A stretch of 63,660 nucleotides of DNA. Origin: Chara braunii. Lineage: Eukaryota > Plantae > Charophyceae. The DNA is taken from NCBI GenBank assembly GCA_003427395.1, contig BFEA01000007.1, forward strand, positions 1,376,642-1,440,301. Direction: 5' to 3'. The translations under genes and the position numbers were made by a program. Every line of letters starts with the position of its first letter. Positions within the stretch are counted from its first letter, which is position 1. The notes beneath the pieces were generated by a model. It saw nothing but the letters and a program-made list of their open reading frames with translations, did no database searches and had not been told where the DNA came from. Shown here piece by piece: positions 1 to 13,429 of the stretch.

Positions 1-302
1 ATTTAAAAACACAGTCCTAAAAAAGAAAGAGAGAAGAAAAACAAGGCGAAAAAAAAAAAAAAAAGGCCTAAAAATAGAGAGAGCAAAGGGAAAAGACAGA
101 AGCCGTTCGTGTCATCCGTTAAAATTGGAAGAATGATTTTATTTTTTTAAGAATACAGATATTTTTTATTTTATTTTCTTTTACAGAGAATTTTACTATG
201 GCCCCTGCACAAGTATGTTTTGCATAGATCGACCAAATAATAGTGCGATTACAAAAAAAAAAAAAAAAAAAAGGGGGGGGGGGGGGGGAGAAGAAGATAT
301 AC

Positions 303-461
303 CTTCGGTATCAGTCTGTTCACTCGTTTGCAGACAACCGCCATTCTCATCAACATAAGTGCATCTTGAGCTCCCACCCTAGACAGTACAGCTGTCAAGA
401 TGCAATCCGGCAACAGCCCAAACAAGTCCAGCCGCTGCGACGTGACACGTGTCATCTCCAT
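303..461 (-). CDS. First coding exon of an F-box protein gene (gene continues leftwards, probably off the window)
   Basis: gccATGg start at 461. Translation MEMTRVTSQRLDLFGLLPDCILTAVLSRVGAQDALMLMRMAVVCKRVNRLIPK fits the F-box pattern (LP..IL..IL.R....D......VCKR...L). Ends at a phase-0 donor AAG|GTATAT (GT at 302-301), followed by low-complexity intron-like sequence. Confidence 0.7.
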
Positions 462-722
462 GGCAGGGACCCAAAGGAGCGAAAAAAAAAAAAAAGCAGC
501 TCTCCGGGGGCTAAATCCCACTACCTAGCGGGGGTTCAGTCTTCCTGTCGAGTATTTTCTGAAATATTCTTTGACGTGGCCACAGTGCAGCCGTGAGATG
601 TTCAGATCAGATAACAGAAACCGCTACGTACTCGAAACGAAGTATAAGCCCGCGCAAGTCGGACTTAGCCCCGGGAAGCTGCCAAACAACGCCTCGGCAG
701 TTTCGAGGAGCGGCAATTAACG

Positions 723-740
723 ACAGAGAGAGAGAAGAAA

Positions 741-800
<60 letters not shown>

Positions 801-1113
801 GGAGGAGAGAGAGGAGAGAGAGAGAGGGTGGAAGAAAGAGAGAGACAAGCGGGGGCGGGGAGAGAGAGAGATAGAGCCTGACCACGTGCACCGCCTTTTG
901 TTTTTATTTTGGTTTTCTGTTTGTTTGATTGTTTTTTTGCAATAGGCGTTCACGCCGTCACTGCCATGCCGTCAGCCGCTTATTTCTCACCGTCTCTCTG
1001 AAATTCGCCCGTGCATGTCGCACGGGGGTGAGATCACCTCAGAGAGCCAGGGAAAGACAGCCCAAGGGGATTGAACGGGGGTAGGGGTGTGTGTGTGTGT
1101 GTGTCTGTGTTGT

Positions 1114-1159
<46 letters not shown>

Positions 1160-1207
1160 GTTGGTAAGTGTCTGGAGGGATTGAAAGGGGGTAGGTGTGT
1201 GTGTGTG

Positions 1208-1287
<80 letters not shown>

Positions 1288-1578
1288 NNNNNNNNNNNNN
1301 NNNNNNNNNNNNNNNNNNNNNNNNNNNNNNNNNNNNNNNNNNNNNNNNNNNNNNNNNNNNNNNNNNNNNNNNNNNNNNNNNNNNNNNNNNNNNNNNNNNN
1401 NNNNNNNNNNNNNNNNNNNNNNNNNNNNNNNNNNNNNNNNNNNNNNNNNNNNNNNNNNNNNNNNNNNNNNNNNNNNNNNNNNNNNNNNNNNNNNNNNNNN
1501 NNNNNNNNNNNNNNNNNNNNNNNNNNNNNNNNNNNNNNNNNNNNNNNNNNNNNNNNNNNNNGAGAGAGAGAGAGAGAG
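723..1578. repeat. (GA)n / (GT)n microsatellite cluster spanning an assembly gap
   Basis: Visible dinucleotide runs; N gap 1288-1561. Confidence 0.95.
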
Positions 1579-1889
1579 TTGGTAAGTGTCTGGAGTGATG
1601 CAGCGGTGAGGTGAGGTCGCAGGATGGATTAGGCCGGGGGTGATATGACTGATGTCGAAGGGTGCAGTAGCGAGCACCCCTATTATCTGCACCCGAATAG
1701 AACGCCCGGTTATTATCACTATATCCAGTCTCATATTTCCACCACATACCGCTATAATACCGCCCGTTCTATTCGGGCGAAAAATCGATAATGACCGGGC
1801 GTTCAATTCGGGTGGAAGGCGGGAGAGATAGAGGACGTCATTTGAATCCTTTCATTGGCTCCGAGAAGGAGGATGCTACCCACAACGGT

Positions 1890-3870
1890 AATCAAGGTCC
1901 TCTGAAGAAGAGGATTTCAGTAAATCTGCAGCATATACCATCGGTATGAGTGAAAATTCAGTCATGGTTGGATCAAGCGTGGGGACCCCTCAACACAGTT
2001 TCAGGCCCTGAGCCTCCACTGGATCCAACATATTATTTTGGAGACCTCCTCCCCTGGGTTCCCCTGGCTCTGAGGCAAATCGCGGCGCTGGCCCCGGAGG
2101 CCCCACCAGAAACTGACCCCCTCATTTGGCTTGAGGACAGATACTGGAGACTCCCTAGGAAACATAAGAACGGTGACCCGGCTGACGAGCATTGGATACG
2201 CCTTCTGAGTACGTGGAGGAAGCTCCCATGCCCCGACCGCCCCGCGCCGGACAAATGGGAGGAGATATTCAGACAACCTTTGTTCGGGAATAGATTAATC
2301 ACAGACTCCCTCGGCCAGGTGAGGAACAGCTCAGACTGTCCATGGAAAATTTGGGTGAAACATGGGGTGTTAAGGGTGGGGGACCTCTGGGACGGGGCAA
2401 GTGGAGAATGGAAAAGTACTGCGAGTATGAAAGATGCCTGCGCTATTGCCATTCACTAGATTCAACAACGGAGGGGCTTATTGAAAGCTTTCCCATCCGA
2501 TAGTACACCACGCTTAAAAAAGGTCCAACATTGGAAGTGGATGATTGGGTGGGGTTGCCTGGTCACGAATCACAAGCAGGCCGTGTGCACATCGCAGACC
2601 GAGCTCAAGTCCTGGTTGAATTGTACGATGTCACAGAAACAGGGCAACTATGAGGGAGTAACCTACCTTTCATCTGGAAAAGAAAATCGGATGTCTATCG
2701 CATTAGGGTGGTAGAAGACGAGAAAGGCGGAAGAGTGTATCACCCAATGACCCCGATTGAGAACCTTCCCTTCGATCCCCAGGAATGGAGATGGTCATGG
2801 CAAGGCAGGGGAAGGCGGGCACAGGGGGTTGGAAAGACGGTGCCTTTAGCTGCCCTTAAAACAAAGTTGGCCTACCGAATGCTCAGACCGAAGCATGGGC
2901 TGTGAGACGTGGTCGAGGACAGATGGCAGCGCCACCTTAATATAGACAGTAGCACGCTCAAACCAATTCAATGGTTCAAGGAGTATCATAAAAGGCCGGC
3001 AAAAATTTCCGCTCTCCAATGGCGAATTGCCCATCGATGCATGTCAACCAACGACTGGTTGGTTGATCACACGCAGCTTGAACAGCAAGGAAGGACACTC
3101 CCCTAATGCCGGAGCTGCCGCCAAAATTTCCCCGGAAAAAGGCGGCCCGAGACGATTGAGCACATCTTCCTACAATGCCCTGCTGCCGTCTTATTATGGC
3201 GATGGTGGGAGAGGATCTAGCGGCACATTGTTCTAGGCTTATCATGGTCTTGGGACTGGAAGGCAATCTTGTTGGGGCACTGTCCCCAGCTCCGGGACAA
3301 TGCTTTTGTAGCGAATATGTACTCCCTGGATAGACGTACTGTCCTCTGGACTATATGGTGGAGAAGGTGCATTATAGAATTGGAGGGGGCCAGGTGGAAG
3401 AGGGGGAAGTCACAGAGCAGATACGACTACTTTTCCAGCACGAGATTATGGCACAATGGCAAAGTGTTAAGGAAAACCTGGAGCAGGTGCACAACAAGAT
3501 GGACATCGACAAAATTATCTCCCGGTTTTGTGCGGACTGGCTGGGGGGGAGGAGGGAGGGCTGGGTCACGAGGGTCAGCTGGACAAGAGACAGACTGGGT
3601 CAGCCGCAAAAAGATGGATACGGAGAGGAACGAGAGGGAGGAAGGGAAAAAGACTATCAACTTCACTTCAAGGACTGGATAAAAATAGATCCCAGGGAAC
3701 AGTTGAGACCCGCCCAAGACTTCCCTGATCTCTTTCCCCCTCACCCGTTGGCCCTGGAAGAATATGTGGGGGCTAGTGGGGGACTAGTGGTAGGTTTTCT
3801 CTGCGTTTTTTTTGTGTTTTCCTGTGGTTCTCTGGTTTCCTCCCTTTTCTATGTCTGTGGATGCTAGAGG
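1890..3870 (+). mobile_element. Decayed L1-clade LINE fragment (ORF2 C-terminal region)
   Basis: EEIFRQPLFGNRLITD...WVKHGVLRVGDLWD..SGEWK resembles the post-RT region of the L1 at 48439-49089. zf-RVT-like CRSCR...ETIEHIFLQCP at about 3107-3180, and LWTIWWRR. Many stops and frameshifts. Confidence 0.8.
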
Positions 3871-4206
3871 TAGGTGACTATACCACCATCTTTACTTTTG
3901 ACATTTCTTAGACATTTTCATACATTCTCAGAAGGAAGTGCGATAGAGTGACCAGGAAGGTGGGCCGGGGACCAAACAGGGATTACTGGTGCCCCCCAGT
4001 AACCCTGCTGGGCCCCTACCCTAGGTCTCGATTTGGACAGTACAGGATAGTTAGTGAGGGGACGCTGGACCCGGTTTCCAGCATGTTACCTCTGAGGAAG
4101 TCCATTCTGTATATGGGACGGTGAACCCGTTTTCCAGCAGGTGATGCTCCTCACCAATAGATGGAGCCTCTCCCCGAGTGGTAGTGGTGTCTGCTCTTAC
4201 CAGCAC

Positions 4207-4243
4207 CTGTCTCTTATACACATCTAGATGTGTATAAGAGACA
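4207..4243. other. Nextera mate-pair junction adapter (assembly artefact)
   Basis: CTGTCTCTTATACACATCT+AGATGTGTATAAGAGACA, i.e. two head-to-head Tn5 mosaic ends, about 35 bp from an N gap. Confidence 0.97.
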
Positions 4244-4403
4244 TGTGTAGGGAATGGGGAGGAAGAAAGGAATATGGNNNNNNNNNNNNNNNNNNNNNNN
4301 NNNNNNNNNNNNNNNNNNNNNNNNNNNNNNNNNNNNNNNNNNNNNNNNNNNNNNNNNNNNNNNNNNNNNNNNNNNNNNNNNNNNNNNNNNNNNNNNNNNN
4401 NNN

Positions 4404-6316
4404 ATCTGGTCCACACTGTTGGGTTGCTGGGCACCTATGTCGGAGATCAAAGTTTCACTCAGAGGCCTGCACAGAGTTGAGGAGCACAGGAACCAAGTAA
4501 TTAAGGCCATCCCTCAATCATGGTTGGAATTGCTGGGCCCAGAGGGCCTGGACCCCTCAGGCACGTGGTACAGCTCGGCACAGGAGGAGGAGGCGAACGT
4601 CGTTTGGACAGTAACACAAATCACCCAGAGCGGGTTCAAAAAGGTAGAGAGGTGGAAATGTGAGGGTCCATGCAACACGCTGTCCTTCGTAGAGGAAGAA
4701 GTGATCCGCACCTGGGACAACCCAACTCAGATTAAGGTGGTGGAAGATCGGAGCAGAAAACCCGTGACAAGAGTCCTCACCTAGGTAGGAAAAGTTCCTC
4801 TGAGAAAATTGTGTCGGAGCAGAAGACCCGTGGCAATAGTCCTCACCTAGGTAGGAAAAGTTCCTCTGAGAAAACTGTGCATTGATCCCACAGCCTGGGG
4901 TTGGTCCGTCAACGGAGGTTCAACAAGTCCTGTACCTGAGAGAGTACGCAGTCTCCAACGGCTATCATCTAGCGGCAAGTAACCTCAAAACACCGGCCAA
5001 AATAGCCATCCCACGCTGGCAAGCGATCTGCTCGGAGGACTTAACTGATTCGGAACCCGAATTTAGAAGATTATTGGAGTCCCTGACCAACTTACCGAAT
5101 GGTAAACAAGTCAGCATCTTGTGGCTGTTGTCATTGCTAGTCACGCCTTCGACTGTTTGGTGCTTGAGCAAGGGGATGAAGGTAAATATGGGATGTTCGA
5201 GATGTCGGTGGCCATTCGAATCCACCCGTCACCTGTGGTGGGAATGCCCCGCGTCCAAATGGGTCTGGGACTGGTGGTACCACTGGAAGGAACTCGAAGG
5301 CCAAGATGTACAGTGGAAAGAAAGATGGGTTCTCCTGGGATTTCTTTTCCCAGGGGTATCCAGGAAAAGAGGATGGGGCTACATTGCGCATGTGATGAGA
5401 GGTGTGATATGCGAGGTCATTTGGATGGAAAGAAACAGGTCGAGGTTCCAAGGGAGACCTTTCTCTGACCTGGAAACCAAGAATCACATTAAGCAAGGCC
5501 TGAAACTGGTGATCAGAGTTGACTGGAGGAGAAAAGCGAGATGCGGCAAGGGTACCAGGAAACAAATCAGATGGTTTTTACGCACCTGGGCGAAAACGCA
5601 CAGGCTGGCGGTTGTGCACAATAGGAAGGGGCTGATTTTGTCCAACTGGGTCCTGGATAGCAGCAACAGTACGTAGAGGCCTGGGAGAGTAGGGCGAGAG
5701 CGATGTAAGCATGATCGGAGAGAGGGGAACCTGGAGTCCGGAGGGGTACCCTCGACTGGGAGGTCCCTAGTACCAGGGCACTCGGTATTTTAGGGCCGCA
5801 GTGGGCCTGTAGGAGAGTGTCAGTAGGACAGGGACTCAGTCCGTTGGGCCGGTTTAGTCCCAGTTTGAATCTCCTTACCTATTAGTTGAACAAGTTATTC
5901 TGTGAAATTTGGGAGAGAACAAGTCTTGGTTAAATCTAACAACCCCTTTTTTATTCAGTGTTTTCTTCAATGATTGATTAAGATGTTCTTTGAAGGTGAA
6001 GTACACTTCAGATAGCTTGTTCTCAGATTAGTCAGTATAGGCACATTCCCACCCAAACTGCTCAGCAGTTTCGAAGAACTATTGTCTGCCTAGTGAAGAT
6101 GAAGTGGTAACTTTTTAAAGTACAGTGTTGCTAGGCTCAGATATTATGAAGGAAACTGAATAGGAGTTTGGAAAGTTGGCAGAACCGACTTTCTGCAGGT
6201 GCAAACCTGTAAGCTAAGCTGGCTGATGCTGTCAGTACCTCCGACTAGAATTGTGAGGTCCCCGGCCTCTGTTTGATTGATATCTAAGGAACTATGATTT
6301 GTAAAAAAAAAAAAAA
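4404..6316 (+). mobile_element. 3' portion of a second L1-clade LINE with 3' UTR and poly(A)
   Basis: ORF 4882-5676 contains CSRCRWPFESTRHLWWECP (zf-RVT) and IWMERN. Internal 66-bp tandem duplication at 4748-4879. A-tract at 6303-6316. Confidence 0.85.
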
Positions 6317-7785
6317 TCAGCACAAGAAGTACCTACCCTGGATATGCGACGGCGGCACTCGAAGGAGCAGTTATTGGTCGGGTAGCACCTGCGTCAGCAA
6401 AAGGGGTAGCCGGTGGCAAGGTGAATAATTGCACCGAAGGCCTCGGAACCCCTTGACCCGAGAGATCATTTGAAGGAGCCTCAACAGCAAACCCTTCCAA
6501 GCAGGCGCTAGTCCGGTAAAGGCCTCCAGGACTGATCGGCCGAAGCAAAAAGGAAGGAGGAAAACGGGCTACGGAAGAATCTCCGCAGGCCTCCAGTAAA
6601 CTGATGGGACCGCTGTCGGACAAGAGTAAGGGTATTTGGCCATGCTTTTGCAATCGACAAAATGACGACATCGGCCACTATAACAAAGTCGGTCCGAAGT
6701 TCAAGGCGCGTGCATTTTTCGCACGAAACTTTTAAACGATTTCCTCGACCATTGATGTCAGGGCAAATCGGTGATAGAATTTCATTAAGTAAGCGCGCGC
6801 GTTATTGAGATGCGCGCTCTGATGGGTACAATCGATAGTAATATCCGTCGACCGAGAAGGTCGAAGGGTCGATTGGGTTAGTGTTAGGTCAGGTAGATCT
6901 ACGACGCACACTGAGACATAATCGTCAGTGCGTTAGTTATGATGAATTTATTTTACACCCCGACCGTACAGTTGGAGCAATTAAAACTGTGTGATCATCG
7001 GGTTTGCTGTAGCGCCTGGATTGCTAGCACTTGCTCAAGCGGTACCTCTTACCTTACTCGTATATCGCACGTGAGGTTGAGACTCTCGCTCAGTCTCCCA
7101 TGTGTAGGGAGGGATCTGCCTCTTAGACAATGACTTCCTGAGCCCGTGGTCACCCAAGCAACCGTTATTCCCTCCCTTCGAAAGGGAACATCATTACGGG
7201 CCTTGTATCATTCGCACAGGGTCTAGACTCAGGCTACTTGAACGGGTACTCACAGATCTGCCGGTTCTGGGCGGCTAAAAGTACCAATTTTTGTCTACTT
7301 ATACTCGGTCTCGAGTACATGCCACATCTACCTTTACTTGGTGTGGTACCGACCGACATGCTACTTTAATGTTTTCCGTTGCTCTCAAGTGTTGCGGGCC
7401 TCCTTCCCCGCCACTTGAGTGTTTCCCCCCCGCAATCCTCAATATCACGGCCACAGGTAAGAACCGGCCCTTCGGCCCTTCCAATCAACCAAGTGCCCTT
7501 GCGGGTCACACACACACTCAAACCGACAAGCACTCAAACGGACATGCAGACCAGCAAGCATGCACACACACACACACACAAGACTTAAAGGTGGACTTAG
7601 GCCACTAGTCGGGTTGAGTCAGTACCCTATATATATCAAAGTTGCTCCCCTTTTATTTGAAGTGGAAGTTAGCTCAATAGGTTTAGGTGTTGTTCGCTAC
7701 ATAGGGGATGCATGGATCGAGGCCTACCGACCTATGGGCTAGCTCCCTTTTGACGAGGAGCTCAATTGTATTTTGCCCCTGTCTC

Positions 7786-7857
7786 AGACGGTCGGGACTC
7801 GAACCCACGACCTCATTATCAAAGTTAGTTGTAGTTTGCCCCGTTGAGACAAGGCTT
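7786..7857 (-). pseudogene. tRNA-derived sequence (SINE head or tRNA pseudogene)
   Basis: Minus strand reads ...TGTCTCAACGGGG...GAGGTCGTGGGTTCGAGTCCCGACC, giving a strong B-box/T-arm and a degenerate A-box. No intact cloverleaf. Confidence 0.55.
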
Positions 7858-8859
7858 GACACTTTGAAGGTTAGAGTAATTAGTTGTTAGATTTTGTTAG
7901 GGTTTTTTTTTTTTTTTTCCTATTTTCATTTATCTTTTATTTTTGTTGATTTATTTTTATTTTTTTTTACTTTCATGCCTCCATTTAACAAACTTACCTT
8001 AGTAAAACCACCCCGATTTGTGGGCAGATTCATTACGGGGTAGTCCTCGACATTCTGCCACAATAGCAAAACTTCGGGCGTGGTTGGTCTGCCCCTGCCT
8101 GCCGTACGGTAGACAAGGACTCAGAGCTCGGCCAAACGTGAGAAGGCGACGATAAACACGGGAAGGGAATTGAAGGATGCGCGTGATGGAGGAAGATACG
8201 CAGGCACGGGGAGCAGAGGAGATGGCAAAGACGGAGGCAGACGAGCAGCGCGAGGAGGTGGAAGAAGGTCTCGCACAGAGAGATGGTAAATAGCACTGAA
8301 AGAAGAGGCACCATGTCGTAGGAAAGGGGAGCATCAAGAAAGCGGAGAGGAGAACCACACTGCGGAGTCGCGCTAGCTAGCAAGCAAGAGAGAGCAGACC
8401 GCATGGAGGAATAAGAAAGCGAGAAGTAGGAGGCCCAACATCCGCTGTCTACCGTATGAGAGGGTGGAGACTGCATCCGCCTATGACATTACGAGGTCGG
8501 ATCCGCCATCCGCCCGATGTGTTGAATGTGCACTTGTGTCCTCCATATGGTGGTCTCAACGTGTTGCACTTTGTGACAGATCGTGTTGAGTGCGCCATCG
8601 ACAATGGCGACGAGCGAGAGAGTGATGAAAGGTAAGTCTCCTTTCCCGCGACGGACCTCATGGTACTTCCATCAACAGGGTAAACATATCGAATGAATCT
8701 ACCACTACAACAAGGATATATGCATTACTATGTGTATGTATACGTGTGTGTGTGTGTATGCGTGTGTGTGAATCTCGCAACTGACATCATGGTACTTCCA
8801 TCGATAGGATGAACGAAATCTAATGAATATACCACTAGAATATGTAAATATACACTGAT

Positions 8860-8863
<4 letters not shown>

Positions 8864-8955
<92 letters not shown>

Positions 8956-9110
8956 NNNNNNNNNNNNNNNNNNNNNNNNNNNNNNNNNNNNNNNNNNNNN
9001 NNNNNNNNNNNNNNNNNNNNNNNNNNNNNNNNNNNNNNNNNNNNNNNNNNNNNNNNNNNNNNNNNNNNNNNNNNNNNNNNNNNNNNNNNNNNNNNNNNNN
9101 NNNNNNNNNN

Positions 9111-9202
<92 letters not shown>
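8864..9202. repeat. (GT)n(GA)n microsatellite with gap
   Basis: Visible runs flanking N gap 8956-9110. Confidence 0.95.
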
Positions 9203-9205
<3 letters not shown>

Positions 9206-9227
9206 GCACTCGTCAGGAACAGCGTTT

Positions 9228-9456
9228 GGACGCCTAATAAGAGCGAGTCATCAGCTCGCGCTGATTTCGTCCCTACTCCTTGTAACACACCACCTGTTAT
9301 TCCTATCAAGTGAATGGTCCGACGTAGAGTCTTGACCGAATTAATCTCAACAGTTTGTCATTGAGGGTGTTGTAAGAAGTTCATTGAACATTATCATTTA
9401 AAGGGAGGAGAAGTCGTAACATACTTTCTGTGGGTGAACCTGCAGAAGGGTCATTG
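9228..9456 (+). pseudogene. Degenerate fragment of the 3' end of 18S rRNA
   Basis: Colinear matches to conserved 18S motifs: GCGAGTCATCAGCTCGCG, TTGTA(A)CACACC, GAATGGTCCG, GAAGTTCATT, GGAGAAGTCGTAACA, GGTGAACCTGCAGAAGGGTCATTG. Many substitutions. Confidence 0.9.
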
Positions 9457-9625
9457 ACACATGAACGGCTGATCTTCGGTATGTGCGACGACGGCTACTC
9501 TCATTTCACTGCCCTCAACCCTCCTGCTCGATTCGCTGCTGAACAAGTTTTTTCCTGGGTGGAAAGCGCCATATAATTATCGCATTTGACTGGAAAGATA
9601 GCCGTATCCATTCATTATCATGATA

Positions 9626-9700
<75 letters not shown>

Positions 9701-9703
9701 CAT

Positions 9704-10456
9704 CAGGGTAACCGGCGTTCGGGACGGGCCGAATGCCCGAACCCGAACGCCCAAACGTATGGGACCCCTTGGGGATGCGTTCGCCTGTTCGGACCGAACG
9801 CGGACCCAAAAAAAAAAACAAACCAAGTCATCAAAAAAATCTGAAAAAAAGATATGTTATGGAGAAAAATAAATTAAACAAGATTTGCTTGAGCATTACA
9901 TCCGAATTCCTTACCAAATTTGAAATAAAAATAAAATACGGACAATAAATACTAATAATAAAAATAAATAAAAATAAAAAGAGAAGTAAATTTAGTGAGT
10001 GCGCGAGCATGTTTTCGACACCGCTATCTTTGGCGATTTTTTATTTTTTTTGGCATAGATAAATGCCCTGAAAATTTACAGATGTGTACTTCACATAACA
10101 CAAAACCCACTAAAAAGTTTCAAAAATTAATAAAATTGTTTAGACCCCGAACTAAAGTGAAAACAAAACGTAAAAAGTGAAAAAATACGTGGGCGAGCAC
10201 GTTTTGACACCGCCATCTTTGGCGATTTTTAATTCTTATTTGGCTTAGTCAAATGACTTTAAAATTTATAGACATGTACCTCACGTCATAGAGAACTCAC
10301 AGAAAAAATTCAGAAAAAAATAATTATTTTTAGGCCCCGAAATAATTTATGGCGGGGGCCGAACGCCGTCAGGTTCGGACCCCGTACGGGACCCCGAACG
10401 CCCGTACGTACGGAGGTTCGCCCGGGGGCCTCCGTACGTATGGGCTGATAACCCTG
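9704..10456. mobile_element. hAT-like MITE inserted in an (ATT)n microsatellite
   Basis: Termini CAGGGTAACCGGC and GCTGATAACCCTG (10/13 inverted match). Flanks ATTATCAT and ATTATTAT give a near-perfect 8-bp TSD. Subterminal CCGAAC repeats and an internal ~190-bp duplication (10003-10340). Confidence 0.65.
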
Positions 10457-11209
10457 ATTATTATTATTATTATTATTATTATTGTTATTATTTTATTATT
10501 ATTATTATTTATTTTTATTGTTACTATTATTGTTGTTACTATTATTGTTGTTACTATTATTATCATCATAATTATTACTATTATTATAGCGGCATTTTTA
10601 ACCACTCTTTTCATAGGAATTGCTCAAAATTCTTGGTTGGATTTGATCGTGAAGATGACCAGGTGCATGCGAAGGGCATGGGAGTGTGATTGTAGAAAAG
10701 GAGCACGCACGGAGAGAGTAGGGATGGGGTAGAATGAGGAAGACAAGGAAGGTAGAGGCGGGGAAGGGGAATAATGTTGTTGGATATTTAGATGCGAACG
10801 GATGGCGGAATCATTCAACCTCCCGATGAGTTGGTGAACTGCCATGAAAACAAGTTGTCACAAACCATCATTTAATTTTCCTTCCCCTATTTGGCTAAGG
10901 TTGAACAAGCTACTTTCCGTATTGATGAATTCGTTCCACGTCATATCTTATGCTGCCTTATGGCGTTTGTTATTATGTATATACTGGATCTGGATGCAAT
11001 CAGACTCGACTTTCCGACACTTCAGCATGCATGCAAACAGATGAAGATCAAGCTGGCGACTTGCGCACACACAAACTTGAAGCTCAGAGAAAACGAAGCC
11101 AAAAACACAGATGTGATTCAAACTTGTCTCGGTCGGCTACGGTCAATCACTGTACTTCCAGCAACTTGTTCGCACACCCCCCCTCGGATCTCCCTGGATG
11201 TCCCGCACT

Positions 11210-11400
11210 CACACATACAGACACACAGTAACACGGAGATACAGGGACATACACACACAAACACATAGTAACAAAAATATACAGGGACATACACACAAAG
11301 ACACACAGTAACACGGGTATACAGGGACATAAACACACAGACACAAAGTAACATAGATACACAGGGTTATACACACAAGATACACAGTGACACGCAAGGA
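11210..11400. repeat. ~40-bp minisatellite (ACACACAGTAACACGGAGATACAGGGACAT...)
   Basis: About five degenerate tandem units. Confidence 0.85.
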
Positions 11401-13179
11401 GAGACACATAGAGGGAGTGAGAAAGAGAGAGAAAGATATGTACAATCACTACAATTATAGCACAGTGGCATGATTTTTGCACCCTTGTGTACATAGGACT
11501 GTCCCTTCTTTCCTGCCTGCAGGCACCCTCCGAATGTTGGACACTATATGCTCGTTTGTGGTCATTGATTTTATTTTGAATGCCAGTTCTTCCTTCGTGT
11601 TGGCCTGCAAACTGCATGACAATTGTTGTATTGAGAATGCTCAGCTAGGTTTTACGTATCCATATTTCTCTCATCCTTACAATGTGTGTCCTCTCTGTCA
11701 TCAAGGACAGACTGATTCTTGAACCTTCCTATGCTTTCTTTATTGTTCCATACTCCTTACTTACTTTCCCTTGATTTCCCTCTGTCTTTGTTTGATATAT
11801 CTTCATTTATCCCGTTGCCTTTTACTCTGCTTCCTTTGACAACGGAAAAGTGGGCCGCAATATCACACACGGATGCGGGCAGTTTGTGCTTGACTTCATC
11901 AACGTGGCGAGTTTGTATGTGAGAGACGCAAAGAACATGATGCGTTGTACAATTGAAGCCCAGGGTCGAGTGGTTGCACGCATTGTGAGACCAACACATC
12001 ACTCAACAACCGCGGAGGAATGAAAATGCATCATTATCGTCACACAACTTTCGTAAGCCAATAAGAATGCCACAAACACTTGTGGCCTAGGTAGGCAAAG
12101 CGGACACACTGTTGCAAGGCTGCACAAATGCCTACATGTGCACTAGCGGCCATAGTCGGGCTGCAGGGCGCGAATACAGGGAGGTGAGATCGTGGTAGGC
12201 AGGTAGAGAGTGAGTGGGTGAGCGGGGGTTGTTCGTAGTCAGTCATGAGAGCGGATGTTGTTTGCAACCAATCGAGTGAGTGGATGCAGTAGGATATGTT
12301 GAATTATGTGGTGTGCTCACACTTTGGTGATAACCTTGGTCACGGGAGAAGGAAAAGAGTAAGGTAAATAAAGTGTTGTATGCGGGAACTTGAACAAACT
12401 CAGATGGAGCCAACTAGCGTTGGGGTAAGCAAGGTCCCCTTTCCTTTTCCCAACCTATGTACCTTGTATCAGTACTACCCTGGACCACTATGCATGCACC
12501 AATGTCTGATTACATGAATCCGTGGTTTCTTCTGGATTAAATCTGAGCTAGGAAATTGCTATGCCTGCATGAGCAACGCTTGAAGTGATTCTGGTTTTCT
12601 TGTATTGTGAATACATGATGGAACGTGGATTCCGTGCAGGCCAATCTCTTTGTCTGACTGTTGATATGGGTTGTGTTAACTGTTTCTAAAAACACATGGT
12701 GAGAACGAGAAACTCTCGTATGGGTTGTCTCACCGTGTGTGTGTGTTTATTTTTGGGTAGATGAGGCAGTGGGGATGTAGACTTCGTGAAGTCCTGCCCT
12801 GCTTGATAGGATCTTCTAGCATTGATGAGGGTTGAGGTCACTACAAAAGTTATTGGATTGTGCATTATTATGTATGTTTGAGATTATTGATTGGATAACC
12901 CACGACGTATGTGTATATCATTCTCAAAGCACGCTGACTTACGCTCACCTTCTCTAAGTTGGACGGACTCAAGTCAAAAGTCAGTTGAAGGTCTTCTGAG
13001 AAATATGTAATGAGGTGAGAGTTCCCGTGTGAACTTCCTCATTAGGTGTTTCATTGAGTCATTGGGATGTGGCCCCGTGTGGCCTGCTTGTATGACTCTA
13101 AGGCTTTCGATTGATCTAAGACACAATAACTCTTCTAAAGGGATTAACTAGCAGAGGTAATAAGAGGGGTGAGGTCCCG

Positions 13180-13425
13180 AGAGACCCGCCTTATTACTTG
13201 TATCTGTTGTAAGCAAGAAAATGTTGTAATAGGAAGAGCAAGGTTTCGTGAGACCTGCCCTATCGCCGACGAATCCTGGCAAAATGGGATGGTGATAGAA
13301 AAAGCAAGGTTCCGTGAGGCCGGCCCTATCGCCGACAAATCCTGGCAAAAGGGGATGGCGATAGGAGGAGCAAGGTTCCGTGAGACCTGCCCTATCGCCC
13401 ACAAACTCTGGCAAAAGGGGATGGT
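13180..13425. repeat. 66-bp tandem repeat
   Basis: GAGCAAGGTTCCGTGAGACCTGCCCTATCGCCGAC...TGGCAAAAGGGGATGG occurs 3-4 times and is interrupted by the LTR at 13430. Confidence 0.85.
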
Positions 13426-13429
13426 ATTA

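Noticed and set aside
6940-8052. Possible solo LTR (TGATG...CATCA or ...CCTCGACA ends)
   Set aside because: No consistent pair of termini, TSD or PBS found.
10891-12020. Ulp1-protease-like peptide snippets (MAFVIMYI..., GCGQFVLDFI)
   Set aside because: Resemblance too short, and the catalytic residues are not traceable.
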